In this document: positions 9,132-16,242 of the stretch, one piece after another
How the letters are laid out: each line of letters begins with the position of its first letter
Position numbering within the stretch: position 1 is the stretch's first letter
Source: Geotalea daltonii FRC-32
GTDB taxonomy: Bacteria; Desulfobacterota; Desulfuromonadia; Geobacterales; Geobacteraceae
NCBI RefSeq assembly: GCF_000022265.1
Contig: NC_011979.1
Coordinates: 2,340,001-2,372,000, forward strand
DNA length: 32,000 bases
Direction of reading: 5' to 3'
The notes under the pieces: model-generated
Told to the model about the DNA's origin: nothing
Seen by the model: only the letters and a program-made list of their open reading frames with translations
The model's database searches: none
Position numbers and translations under genes: made by a program

Positions 9132-10172
9132 GTGCGGGTCCTGATTGTAAAAATGAGCGCCATGGGGGATATCATCCATGCCCTGCCGGTATTGGATTAC
9201 CTGCACAATGTTTCCCCGGGCATCGAGATCGACTGGCTGGTGGAGGAGCCTTTCCTGGATGTGGTGGCCGGGAATCCTCAGATTTCCATGATCCATACGG
9301 CCCGCAGCAAAGCCTGGCGCAAGAGCCTCTTTTCCTCCAGGACTTTTTCCGAGACGGCGGCATTGAAGCGTACCCTGCAGGAGCGAGATTACGACATCGT
9401 CTTCGATATTCAGGGGAACATCAAGAGCGGCGTTTATGGCTGGCTGACCGGTGCGGACAACCGCATCGGCTTTGATGCCGAGGTTCTCCAGGAGCGCCTC
9501 AACATGCTGTTTACCACACGCCGGATACCCCTTCGTCCCCAGGACTCGCACATTACCGAACAATACCTGCGCCTGGTCAGTGTTCCCTTTGGGCGTGATT
9601 ATCGGGAGATGCAGCTCGTTTCCGATATTTACACGACTCCCGAAGATGATGCCGCTGCCGAGGCACTGCTTTCCACCCTGGCCGATGGGCTGGTGTTTCT
9701 CTTCCATTATGGTACTACCTGGCAGACCAAGTTTTGGCGCGAAGAGAGCTGGGTTGCCCTGGGCAGAGATCTGCTCGGCCGCTTTCCCGAATCGTCCGTT
9801 CTCCTTTCATGGGGCAATGACAGCGAGCACCAGGTGGTGATGAGGATTGCTGCAGCCATCGGTACCGGTGCCCGGGTCATCGATCGCTACCCCCTGAAAG
9901 GGCTGACGGCCCTGCTGAAAAAGGTGGATCTGGTGATAGGTGGAGATACGGGCCCGGTGCACCTGGCGGCGGCCGTGGGCACGGCGACGGTCTCCTTCTA
10001 TCGCGCTTCGGATGGCAAGCGTAGCGGGCCGCGGGGAGACAATCACGTGATCATCCAGTCTCCCATGCCCTGTTCCCGGTGTTTCCGGACCAGATGCGAC
10101 CAGGATGAGGAGTGCCGCCGGAGCATTACGGTCGAAGTTGTGATGCATGGCGTCGAAAAACTTTTGGTGTAG
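9132..10172 (+). CDS. waaC: ADP-heptose:LPS heptosyltransferase I (WaaC-like, GT9)
   Basis: GTG start 3 nt after the upstream stop. MRVLIVKMSAMGDIIHALPVLDYL...IEIDWLVEEPF...AWRK closely parallels the E. coli WaaC N-terminus (MRVLIVKTSSMGDVLHTLPALTDA...IKFDWVVEEGF...RWRK, from memory). C-terminal GGDTGPVHLAAAVG motif. Confidence 0.7.
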   Translation: MRVLIVKMSAMGDIIHALPVLDYLHNVSPGIEIDWLVEEPFLDVVAGNPQISMIHTARSKAWRKSLFSSRTFSETAALKRTLQERDYDIVFDIQGNIKSGVYGWLTGADNRIGFDAEVLQERLNMLFTTRRIPLRPQDSHITEQYLRLVSVPFGRDYREMQLVSDIYTTPEDDAAAEALLSTLADGLVFLFHYGTTWQTKFWREESWVALGRDLLGRFPESSVLLSWGNDSEHQVVMRIAAAIGTGARVIDRYPLKGLTALLKKVDLVIGGDTGPVHLAAAVGTATVSFYRASDGKRSGPRGDNHVIIQSPMPCSRCFRTRCDQDEECRRSITVEVVMHGVEKLLV

Positions 10173-10204
10173 GCAGATGACTTCCAATTAAACGCGAGGT
10201 GACC

Positions 10205-11335
10205 ATGCTGAAGGTCCTTACTGTGTTCGGTACCCGTCCGGAGGCCATAAAAATGGCCCCGGTGGTAAAGGAGCTGGAGAAGCACCCGGAATCCTTTAAA
10301 AGCGTCGTCTGCGTGACGGCCCAGCACCGGCAGATGCTCGACCAGGTGCTGGAGCTGTTCGCCATCCATCCAGATCATGATCTGAACATCATGAAGCCGG
10401 GGCAGGATCTTTTCGACATCACCTGCAATGTGATGCAAGGGCTGAAACCGGTGCTGGAGCAGGAGTGTCCCGACGTGGTGCTGGTCCATGGCGACACGAC
10501 CACGACCATGGCGGCGTCGATCGCTTCCTTTTACTGCCGGACAAAGGTGGGGCACGTGGAGGCGGGGCTGCGGACCCACAACAAGTTCGCCCCCTTCCCC
10601 GAAGAAATCAATCGCCGTCTGGCCGGCGCCGTTGCCGATCTGCATTTCGCTCCGACAGCAGCCTCACGACAGAACCTGCTCAATGAAGGTGTATCCGGGG
10701 AGGATATTCACGTTACGGGAAATACGGTGGTCGATGCTCTGCTAGCCGTATCCAGACGCATCGAGAGCGATTCGGCGCTGACAGAACGGTTCAGGGGGGA
10801 GTTCTCTTTTCTTGACCCTGAAAAACGTCTGATACTGGTTACCGGGCACCGGCGGGAAAACTTCGGTGCCGGGTTCGAACATATCTGTGAGGCGCTGGCA
10901 GAAATTGCCAAGTCCTGTCCGGATGTGGAGATCCTTTATCCGGTCCACCTCAACCCCAATGTCCAGGAGCCGGTCAAACGCATCCTGGGTGGAAACAAGC
11001 TCACAAACGTTCACCTCATCGAGCCGGTGGACTATCTTCCCTTCGTTTACCTGATGAACCGCTCCCATCTGATCATCACCGATTCGGGTGGCGTTCAGGA
11101 GGAAGCGCCTTCCCTGGGCAAGCCGGTGCTGGTCATGCGGGAAACCACCGAGCGGCCCGAGGCAGTCACTGCCGGTACGGTCAAGCTGGTGGGTACCGAC
11201 AAGGAAAGAATCATCGCCGAGACTAAATTGCTCCTCAATGATGTCACTGCTTACAGTACCATGAGCATGGCCCACAACCCTTACGGCGACGGCCTCGCGG
11301 CCCGGCGGATTGTTGAAGTGCTGAAAAAGCTTTAA
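10205..11335 (+). CDS. wecB: UDP-N-acetylglucosamine 2-epimerase (non-hydrolysing)
   Basis: [58 protein letters not shown] and NPYGDG are all hallmark WecB segments. ATG 10205 is preferred over GTG 10199 because of the GAGG RBS spacing. Confidence 0.9.
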   Translation: MLKVLTVFGTRPEAIKMAPVVKELEKHPESFKSVVCVTAQHRQMLDQVLELFAIHPDHDLNIMKPGQDLFDITCNVMQGLKPVLEQECPDVVLVHGDTTTTMAASIASFYCRTKVGHVEAGLRTHNKFAPFPEEINRRLAGAVADLHFAPTAASRQNLLNEGVSGEDIHVTGNTVVDALLAVSRRIESDSALTERFRGEFSFLDPEKRLILVTGHRRENFGAGFEHICEALAEIAKSCPDVEILYPVHLNPNVQEPVKRILGGNKLTNVHLIEPVDYLPFVYLMNRSHLIITDSGGVQEEAPSLGKPVLVMRETTERPEAVTAGTVKLVGTDKERIIAETKLLLNDVTAYSTMSMAHNPYGDGLAARRIVEVLKKL

Positions 11336-11341
11336 GGCTTG

Positions 11342-11485
11342 TTTAGCCACGAGTAGCACGAATGTCCACGAATAAAGGCAAAACCAAAAAAAGATTTATC
11401 AGGTGGATAAAACTCAAATGGTTTTTGAGACTTCTGGTTCTAAAAGATTTTTCCATTCGTGTTGATTCGTGTCATTCGTGGTAAA
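11342..11485. repeat. palindromic intergenic element A (3x CACGAAT-type heptads / centre / 3x ATTCGTG)
   Basis: Left-arm heptads start at 11348 (CACGAGT), 11357 and 11367. Right-arm ATTCGTG heptads start at 11455, 11465 and 11474. Spacings are 9,10, mirrored as 10,9. The outer ends are TTTAGCC ... GGTAAA. Confidence 0.85.
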
Positions 11486-11504
11486 GGGTTTGAAGAGCTC
11501 TTTG

Positions 11505-11633
11505 TTTAGCCACGAATAACACGAATGTGCACAAATAAAGGCAAAAAGAACTGACTCTTTTGTGGGCAGAAACAAAAGACTTAGGTCCTGCTTTGGTTTT
11601 CATTCGTGTTAATTCGTGTCATTCGTGGCTAAA
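11505..11633. repeat. palindromic intergenic element B (same family and orientation as A)
   Basis: Left-arm heptads at 11511, 11520 and 11530 (the third is CACAAAT). Right-arm ATTCGTG at 11602, 11612 and 11621. The right arm differs from that of element A at about 3 positions. Confidence 0.85.
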
Positions 11634-11667
11634 TGTTTGGCTTTTGCAGTTACTGAAAGGAATTCCC

Positions 11668-12618
11668 ATGAAATACAGCCCCATCGATCTTTCCGGCGTC
11701 AAAACCTATCCGCTTTCCGAGCGGCAGAACAAGGTGAGCATCAAAAAGGATTTTGCCTCACCCATCACTGCCGGCATGTCCGTGGCTGAACTTTTATCGG
11801 CGTTGCCGCCGCAGCTGGGCTCCCAGGCACTCCTGGGGGTAATAGATGCTGTTGCTGCCGCCCGTGCCAAGGGGAAACCGGTGGTAATGGCCATGGGCGC
11901 CCATGTAATCAAATGTGGCCTGCAGCCGGTGCTGAAGAGCCTCATCGAGGCCGATGCCGTTACCGCCTTTGCCCTGAACGGCGCCGGCTCCATCCATGAT
12001 TACGAAATCTCCCTGATCGGCGAGACCAGCGAAGACGTGGGCGCCGTTCTCCACTGTGGCACCTTCGGCATGGCTGAGGAGACCGGCCGTGATATCAACC
12101 GGGCGCTGAAGGATGGGCTAGCCAAAGGGATGGGCTACGGTGAGGCTGTTGGCCGCTTTATAATCGACAACGACAATCCCTGCCGCGAACACAGCCTGCT
12201 GGCAGTCTGCGCCGAGCGGGACATTCCGGTGACGGTCCACGTGGCCCTGGGGACGGACATCATCCACCAGCATCCCACCGCCGATGGGGCGGTCATAGGC
12301 CAGGCATCCTATACGGACTTCCGGATTTTTACTTCCATTGTCTCGGAACTGGGGGACGGCGGCGTCTATCTCAACATGGGCAGTGCCGTGCTGCTCCCCG
12401 AGGTTTTCCTCAAGGCACTCTCCATCGCCCAGAATCTGGGGCACCATGTGGATCATTTCACCACCGCAAACTTTGACATGCAGCAGCACTACCGTCCCCT
12501 GCAGAACGTGGTCAAACGCCCCACTTCCGGCAAAAGCCGTGGCTACACCATCACCGGCCATCATGAAATAATGATCCCGCTCCTGGCGGCAGGCATTCTC
12601 GATAAAATCGAGCGTTGA
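11668..12618 (+). CDS. conserved hypothetical protein (possibly deoxyhypusine-synthase-like fold); function unknown
   Basis: The start is placed at ATG 11668 (MKYSPIDLSG...). The track ORF start at 11560 reads through repeat element B (FIRVNSCHSWL is translated repeat). The segments MAMGAHVIKCGL...ALNGAGSIHDYE and IPVTVHVALGTDIIH loosely resemble deoxyhypusine synthase family topology. This rests on my recollection only and is not verified. Confidence 0.6.
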   Translation: MKYSPIDLSGVKTYPLSERQNKVSIKKDFASPITAGMSVAELLSALPPQLGSQALLGVIDAVAAARAKGKPVVMAMGAHVIKCGLQPVLKSLIEADAVTAFALNGAGSIHDYEISLIGETSEDVGAVLHCGTFGMAEETGRDINRALKDGLAKGMGYGEAVGRFIIDNDNPCREHSLLAVCAERDIPVTVHVALGTDIIHQHPTADGAVIGQASYTDFRIFTSIVSELGDGGVYLNMGSAVLLPEVFLKALSIAQNLGHHVDHFTTANFDMQQHYRPLQNVVKRPTSGKSRGYTITGHHEIMIPLLAAGILDKIER

Positions 12619-12653
12619 AGCGTTCGGAGTTCGACGTTCGGAGTTCGGAGGCA
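12619..12653. repeat. 7-bp tandem array, 4 units of NNGTTCG (complement orientation of the downstream array)
   Basis: GTTCG recurs at 12622, 12629, 12636 and 12643 (period 7). The array begins immediately after the upstream stop codon at 12616-12618. Confidence 0.85.
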
Positions 12654-12656
12654 TAG

Positions 12657-12870
12657 GTGAAAATCACCAGGTTCGAAGATATTGAGTCGTGGAAGGAAGC
12701 CCGACTGCAGGGGCTCCACTGCTGAAGTCAAAAGCCTTGCTTATGCCGGAATGGATATTGGCTATTTGAGCACTGACACCTTCAAAACCCTTTCCGATCG
12801 CTGCACGAAAATTAGCAGTCTGTTGAACGGTTTCATAAGTTTTCTGAAAAAGTCTGAGAGAAAAAAATAA
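12657..12870 (+). pseudogene. four-helix-bundle protein (23S rRNA intervening-sequence protein family) gene remnant with internal deletion and frameshift
   Basis: The frame from GTG 12657 gives VKITRFEDIESWKEAR, the family's N-terminus, then stops at 12723-12725. The +1 frame from about 12712 gives GSTAEVKSLAYAGMDIGYLSTDTFKTLSDRCTKISSLLNGFISFLKKS, the family's C-terminal GSxxE...Y.A.D.GY... helices, ending TAA 12868-12870. Roughly the middle 50 codons of a normal ~120 aa member are missing. Confidence 0.7.
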
Positions 12871-12873
12871 CGT

Positions 12874-12943
12874 CGAACCTCGAACGTCGAACCTCGAACG
12901 TCGAACGTCGAACCTCGAACCTCGAACCTCGAACCTCGAACGT
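12874..12943. repeat. 7-bp tandem array, 10 units of CGAAC(C/G)T
   Basis: Units were read at 12874, 12881, 12888, 12895, 12902, 12909, 12916, 12923, 12930 and 12937. In order they are cct, cgt, cct, cgt, cgt, cct, cct, cct, cct, cgt. The array ends 5 nt before the GGAGGG RBS of hldE. Confidence 0.9.
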
Positions 12944-12960
12944 TTCCCGGAGGGAAAAAC

Positions 12961-14424
12961 ATGGAAAGAAAAGACCTGGAATCACTCTTTACCCGTGCCA
13001 GGGAGATTAAATCCCTGGTGATCGGTGACCTTATGCTGGACGAGTACCTGTGGGGAAAGGCGGAGCGGATTTCACCGGAGGCGCCGGTGCAGGTGGTGGA
13101 TGTTACGCGGGAAGATCTGCGTCTCGGCGGCGCCGGCAACGTGGTCAACAATCTGGTTGCTCTGGGGTGCCAAGTGGCGGTATGCAGCGTCATCGGCGGC
13201 GATGAAAACGGCACCCATCTGCGCCATGCCTTTACCGGCAAAGGAGTCGATCTGGCAGGCGTCTTCGAGGACCCTTTGCGCCGGACCAGTAAAAAAACCA
13301 GGGTCATCGCCGCCAACCAGCAGATCGTCCGCATCGACCGGGAATCCAAGGAAGAAATAGCACCGGAATTCGAGGAGAAGCTGATCGGCTTTATTACTGC
13401 CGAGGCGTCTCGCTTCAATGTTATCCTTATCTCCGATTACCTGAAAGGGGTCCTGACCGGTAAGGTCCTTGCCGCAGTGACTGCTAACGGCAGGCGTTTG
13501 GGCATTCCGGTCGTCGTCGACCCCAAGGGAATCGATTACTCCAAATACCGTGGCGCCACTATCCTGACTCCAAACCGCAAGGAGGCCGAAGCTGCTTCAC
13601 ATATTGTAATCAAGGATGAAGCAGGATTGATCAAGGCAGGGGAGACTCTGCTTCGGGAGCTAGATCTGGATGCACTGCTCATTACCCGTAGTGAGGAGGG
13701 CATGTCGCTCTTCCAGCAGAATGTCGCGAGGACGCATATTCCCACGGTGGCGCGCGAGGTCTTCGATGTTACCGGTGCCGGCGACACGGTGCTGTCGGTT
13801 CTGAGCCTTGGGCTTGCCTGTGGCCTTTCAATGGCTGAGTCGGCAGGAATCGCCAACGTGGCTGCCGGCATAGCCGTGGGCAAACTGGGTACTTCCACCG
13901 TTTCTCCTGCCGAGATCATTGCCGAAATTGGCCACGTCCATCCGGACAGTGATGCCAAGATCAAAAACCTGGACGTGCTTGCTTCGCTTGTGGCAGAGGC
14001 GAAGGCAAAGGGGAAGCGGGTGGTTTTCACCAACGGCTGTTTCGACCTGCTCCATGTGGGGCATGTGAAATATCTGCAGAAGGCGCGCACCTTTGGCGAC
14101 CTGCTCATAGTCGGCCTCAACAGCGATGCCTCCGTACGCGCTCTGAAAGGGGAAACCAGGCCTTTGATAGTGGAAACGGAACGTGCCCACATTCTGGCCG
14201 CCCTTGATTGCGTCGATTACGTGGTGATTTTCGATGAAGAGACGCCCCTAAAGCTCATCGAGGCCCTGCAGCCCCTGGTCCTGGTCAAGGGGGGGGATTA
14301 CACCCCGGAACGGGTGGTGGGCAAGGATGTGGTCGAGTCCTACGGCGGCAGGGTAGAACTGGTAACTTTTGTCGACGGCAAATCGACGACAGGAATCATA
14401 GAAAAAATTCGCAAAGAGCATTAA
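12961..14424 (+). CDS. hldE: bifunctional D-glycero-beta-D-manno-heptose-7-phosphate kinase / heptose-1-phosphate adenylyltransferase
   Basis: 487 aa. The N-terminal half is a PfkB/ribokinase-like domain (GGAGNVVNNL ... DVTGAGDTV). The C-terminal half is a cytidylyltransferase-like domain (VVFTNGCFDLLHVGHVKYL). GGAGGG RBS. Confidence 0.92.
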   Translation: MERKDLESLFTRAREIKSLVIGDLMLDEYLWGKAERISPEAPVQVVDVTREDLRLGGAGNVVNNLVALGCQVAVCSVIGGDENGTHLRHAFTGKGVDLAGVFEDPLRRTSKKTRVIAANQQIVRIDRESKEEIAPEFEEKLIGFITAEASRFNVILISDYLKGVLTGKVLAAVTANGRRLGIPVVVDPKGIDYSKYRGATILTPNRKEAEAASHIVIKDEAGLIKAGETLLRELDLDALLITRSEEGMSLFQQNVARTHIPTVAREVFDVTGAGDTVLSVLSLGLACGLSMAESAGIANVAAGIAVGKLGTSTVSPAEIIAEIGHVHPDSDAKIKNLDVLASLVAEAKAKGKRVVFTNGCFDLLHVGHVKYLQKARTFGDLLIVGLNSDASVRALKGETRPLIVETERAHILAALDCVDYVVIFDEETPLKLIEALQPLVLVKGGDYTPERVVGKDVVESYGGRVELVTFVDGKSTTGIIEKIRKEH

Positions 14425-14525
14425 TAATTAACAATGAAGCCTGTATTGAGTTGCCTTTGCAGCCATATTATGGTAACAAACTAGCACTTTTATAGTAGAT
14501 GTAATTTTATGGAACGAGAGGACTG

Positions 14526-15578
14526 ATGAAAAAGGCGCTGATTACAGGAATTACCGGCCAGGATGGCTCATATCTGGCTGAATTGCTGTTGAAAAAAGGT
14601 TACGAGGTGCATGGCCTCATTCGGCGTTCCTCTTCTTTCAATACCGGCAGGATCAACCACATCTATCAGGATCCCCATGAATCCTCTGCCCGTCTGTTTC
14701 TCCACTACGGTGATCTGAACGACGCCAGTTCCCTCAACAAGGTGTTGCGCGATATACGACCCGATGAAATCTACAACCTGGGCGCCCAGAGCCATGTCAG
14801 GGTATCCTTTGATGTGCCTGAATATACAGGAGAGGTGGATGCCCTGGGGGCGGTGCGTATCCTGGAAGCAATCCGTGAGACGGAGCTGAATACCAAGTTT
14901 TACCAGGCATCATCGTCCGAACTATACGGCAAGGTCGTGGAAACGCCACAGAAGGAAACGACCCCATTCTATCCCCGTTCCCCCTATGCCTGTGCCAAGG
15001 CTTACGCCTATTACATCACCGTCAATTACCGGGAAAGCTACAACCTCTTTGCCTGTAACGGCATTCTCTTTAACCACGAATCACCCCGCCGCGGCGAAAC
15101 CTTCGTTACCAGGAAAATCACCCGCGCTGCCGCCCGCATCAAGCTGGGGATGCAGAATTGCCTCTACCTGGGCAACCTGGATGCCAAGCGCGACTGGGGA
15201 TTTGCCGGTGATTATGTGGAAGCCATGTGGCTCATGCTGCAGCAGACCGAGCCCGATGATTATGTCATTGCCACCGGCGAAACCCATGCGGTGCGGGAAT
15301 TTGCAGAGAAGGTCTTTGCCCGCCTGGATATGCCGTTACAATGGCAGGGGAGCGGCGTTCATGAGAAGGGGATCGACAGCAAGACCGGCAAGATCGTCAT
15401 CGAGATCGACCCTAAATATTTCCGTCCGGCCGAGGTTGATCTCCTCCTTGGCGACCCGACCAAGGCCAAGACAAAGCTTAACTGGGAGCTGAAAACCGAT
15501 TTTGAAGGACTGGTAAACATGATGGTGGACGCGGACCTGCAGGAAGCCGAGCGGGAGAAAAGGGCCAATGGCAGGTGA
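14526..15578 (+). CDS. gmd: GDP-mannose 4,6-dehydratase
   Basis: [53 protein letters not shown] and [17 protein letters not shown] are hallmark GMD segments. Confidence 0.95.
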   Translation: MKKALITGITGQDGSYLAELLLKKGYEVHGLIRRSSSFNTGRINHIYQDPHESSARLFLHYGDLNDASSLNKVLRDIRPDEIYNLGAQSHVRVSFDVPEYTGEVDALGAVRILEAIRETELNTKFYQASSSELYGKVVETPQKETTPFYPRSPYACAKAYAYYITVNYRESYNLFACNGILFNHESPRRGETFVTRKITRAAARIKLGMQNCLYLGNLDAKRDWGFAGDYVEAMWLMLQQTEPDDYVIATGETHAVREFAEKVFARLDMPLQWQGSGVHEKGIDSKTGKIVIEIDPKYFRPAEVDLLLGDPTKAKTKLNWELKTDFEGLVNMMVDADLQEAEREKRANGR

Positions 15579-15594
15579 GTAAACATGAAAATCC

Positions 15595-15722
15595 TTTTGC
15601 CACGAATTTCACGAATTAACACGAATAAAAAACCTGAACCAGAACCCATGTTTCTTTTGGTTTGAACCCAAAGATTCAGGCCTTTGCCTTATTTGTGCAC
15701 ATTCGTGTCATTCGTGGCTGAA
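15595..15722. repeat. palindromic intergenic element C (same family as A and B, inverted orientation)
   Basis: CACGAAT at 15601, 15610 and 15620. ATTTGTG/ATTCGTG at 15691, 15701 and 15710. The reverse complement of its right arm matches the left arm of element B at about 36 of 38 core positions, including the degenerate CACAAAT heptad. Its left arm matches the reverse complement of the B right arm (ATTCGTGTTAATTCGTG is shared exactly). Confidence 0.85.
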
Positions 15723-15745
15723 CAAAAAGCCTTTAAACCCTTTTT

Positions 15746-16242
15746 CAGCGAATAACACGAATTGACGCAGACATTGTTAATCGGGAATAGGCTGCTTCTT
15801 TTCAGAGCGCTCAAATGCCAGCTGTTATTTTTAAAGATCTATCGTTTCAAATAATGGCTGCAGCTTTTGAGGTACACAATACTTTAGGCTTCGGCTTCCT
15901 TGAGAATGTGTATCAGAGAGCTCTGCTCAAAGAATTACAGCTTCGAGGGATTCCAGCAGAATCTCAAAAAGAAATGAAGGTCTTCTATAAAGATGAAGAG
16001 GTGGGCCTGTATTTCCCTGACATAGTTGTTAATGATCAAATCGTTATTGAGCTAAAGGCAGTTGCCGCGCTTAACCGCTTGCATGCAGCCCAAGTTTTGA
16101 ATTATCTCAAAGGAACAGGCTTTAAGGTTGGGCTTCTGATAAATTTTGGCAAAGAAAAAGTAGAATCCAAAAGATTGATCTTATAGGAAGTGTAGCTAGT
16201 TCATATATTCATTCGTGATATTAGTGACATTCGTGGCTAAAA
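15746..16242 (+). mobile_element. candidate ORF-bearing member of the CACGAAT palindromic element family (arms 15746-15770 and 16208-16242 flanking a GxxExxY gene)
   Basis: The left arm CAGCGAATAACACGAATTGACGCAGAC is a degenerate type-1 arm. The right arm ATTCGTG(16211) ATTAGTG(16220) ATTCGTG(16229) GGCTAAAA directly abuts the fcl ATG at 16243. The outer extension AAAAAGCCTTTAAACCCTTT (15725-15744) is the reverse complement of the extension at the right end of element A. Mobility itself is inferred, not shown. Confidence 0.35.
15815..16186 (+). CDS. GxxExxY protein (PD-(D/E)XK nuclease superfamily, PDDEXK_3-like)
   Basis: 123 aa. The GFLENVY (GxxExxY) motif follows AAAFEVHNTLGFG. A PD...ELK pattern (FPDIVVNDQIVIELK) fits a PD-(D/E)XK core. 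The C-terminus GLLINFG....KRLI is typical of the family. Confidence 0.85.
   Translation: MPAVIFKDLSFQIMAAAFEVHNTLGFGFLENVYQRALLKELQLRGIPAESQKEMKVFYKDEEVGLYFPDIVVNDQIVIELKAVAALNRLHAAQVLNYLKGTGFKVGLLINFGKEKVESKRLIL

Noticed and set aside
11560-11667. N-terminal extension of the track ORF 11560-12618 (MWAETKDLGPALVFIRVNSCHSWLNVWLL...).
   Set aside because: The extension is simply repeat element B read as protein; ATTCGTG heptads give IRV/HSW. ATG 11668 gives a sensible N-terminus just downstream of the repeat.
12682-12870. A 62-aa track ORF as an independent small gene.
   Set aside because: Its conserved part corresponds only to the last two helices of a four-helix-bundle protein. The matching N-terminus sits upstream in another frame, so I treat it as a pseudogene fragment. 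A stand-alone function cannot be fully excluded.
12874-12943. Possible CRISPR array or coding low-complexity repeat.
   Set aside because: The units are 7 bp and contiguous with no spacers, so this is not a CRISPR array. The only ORF crossing it (12762-13418, minus strand, RGSRFEVRGSTFDVRGSTFEV) is antisense to hldE and is a translation artefact of the microsatellite.
15359-15649. A minus-strand 96-aa ORF spanning the gmd 3' end and repeat element C.
   Set aside because: It is antisense to gmd, and its N-terminal part (FVLIREIRGK) is the CACGAAT heptads read as protein.
15815-16186. The GxxExxY protein as part of a restriction-modification or other known defence system.
   Set aside because: No methyltransferase, helicase, ATPase or other partner gene is adjacent. 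The neighbours are gmd and fcl, with only repeats in between, so the known-defence-system interpretation is unsupported.
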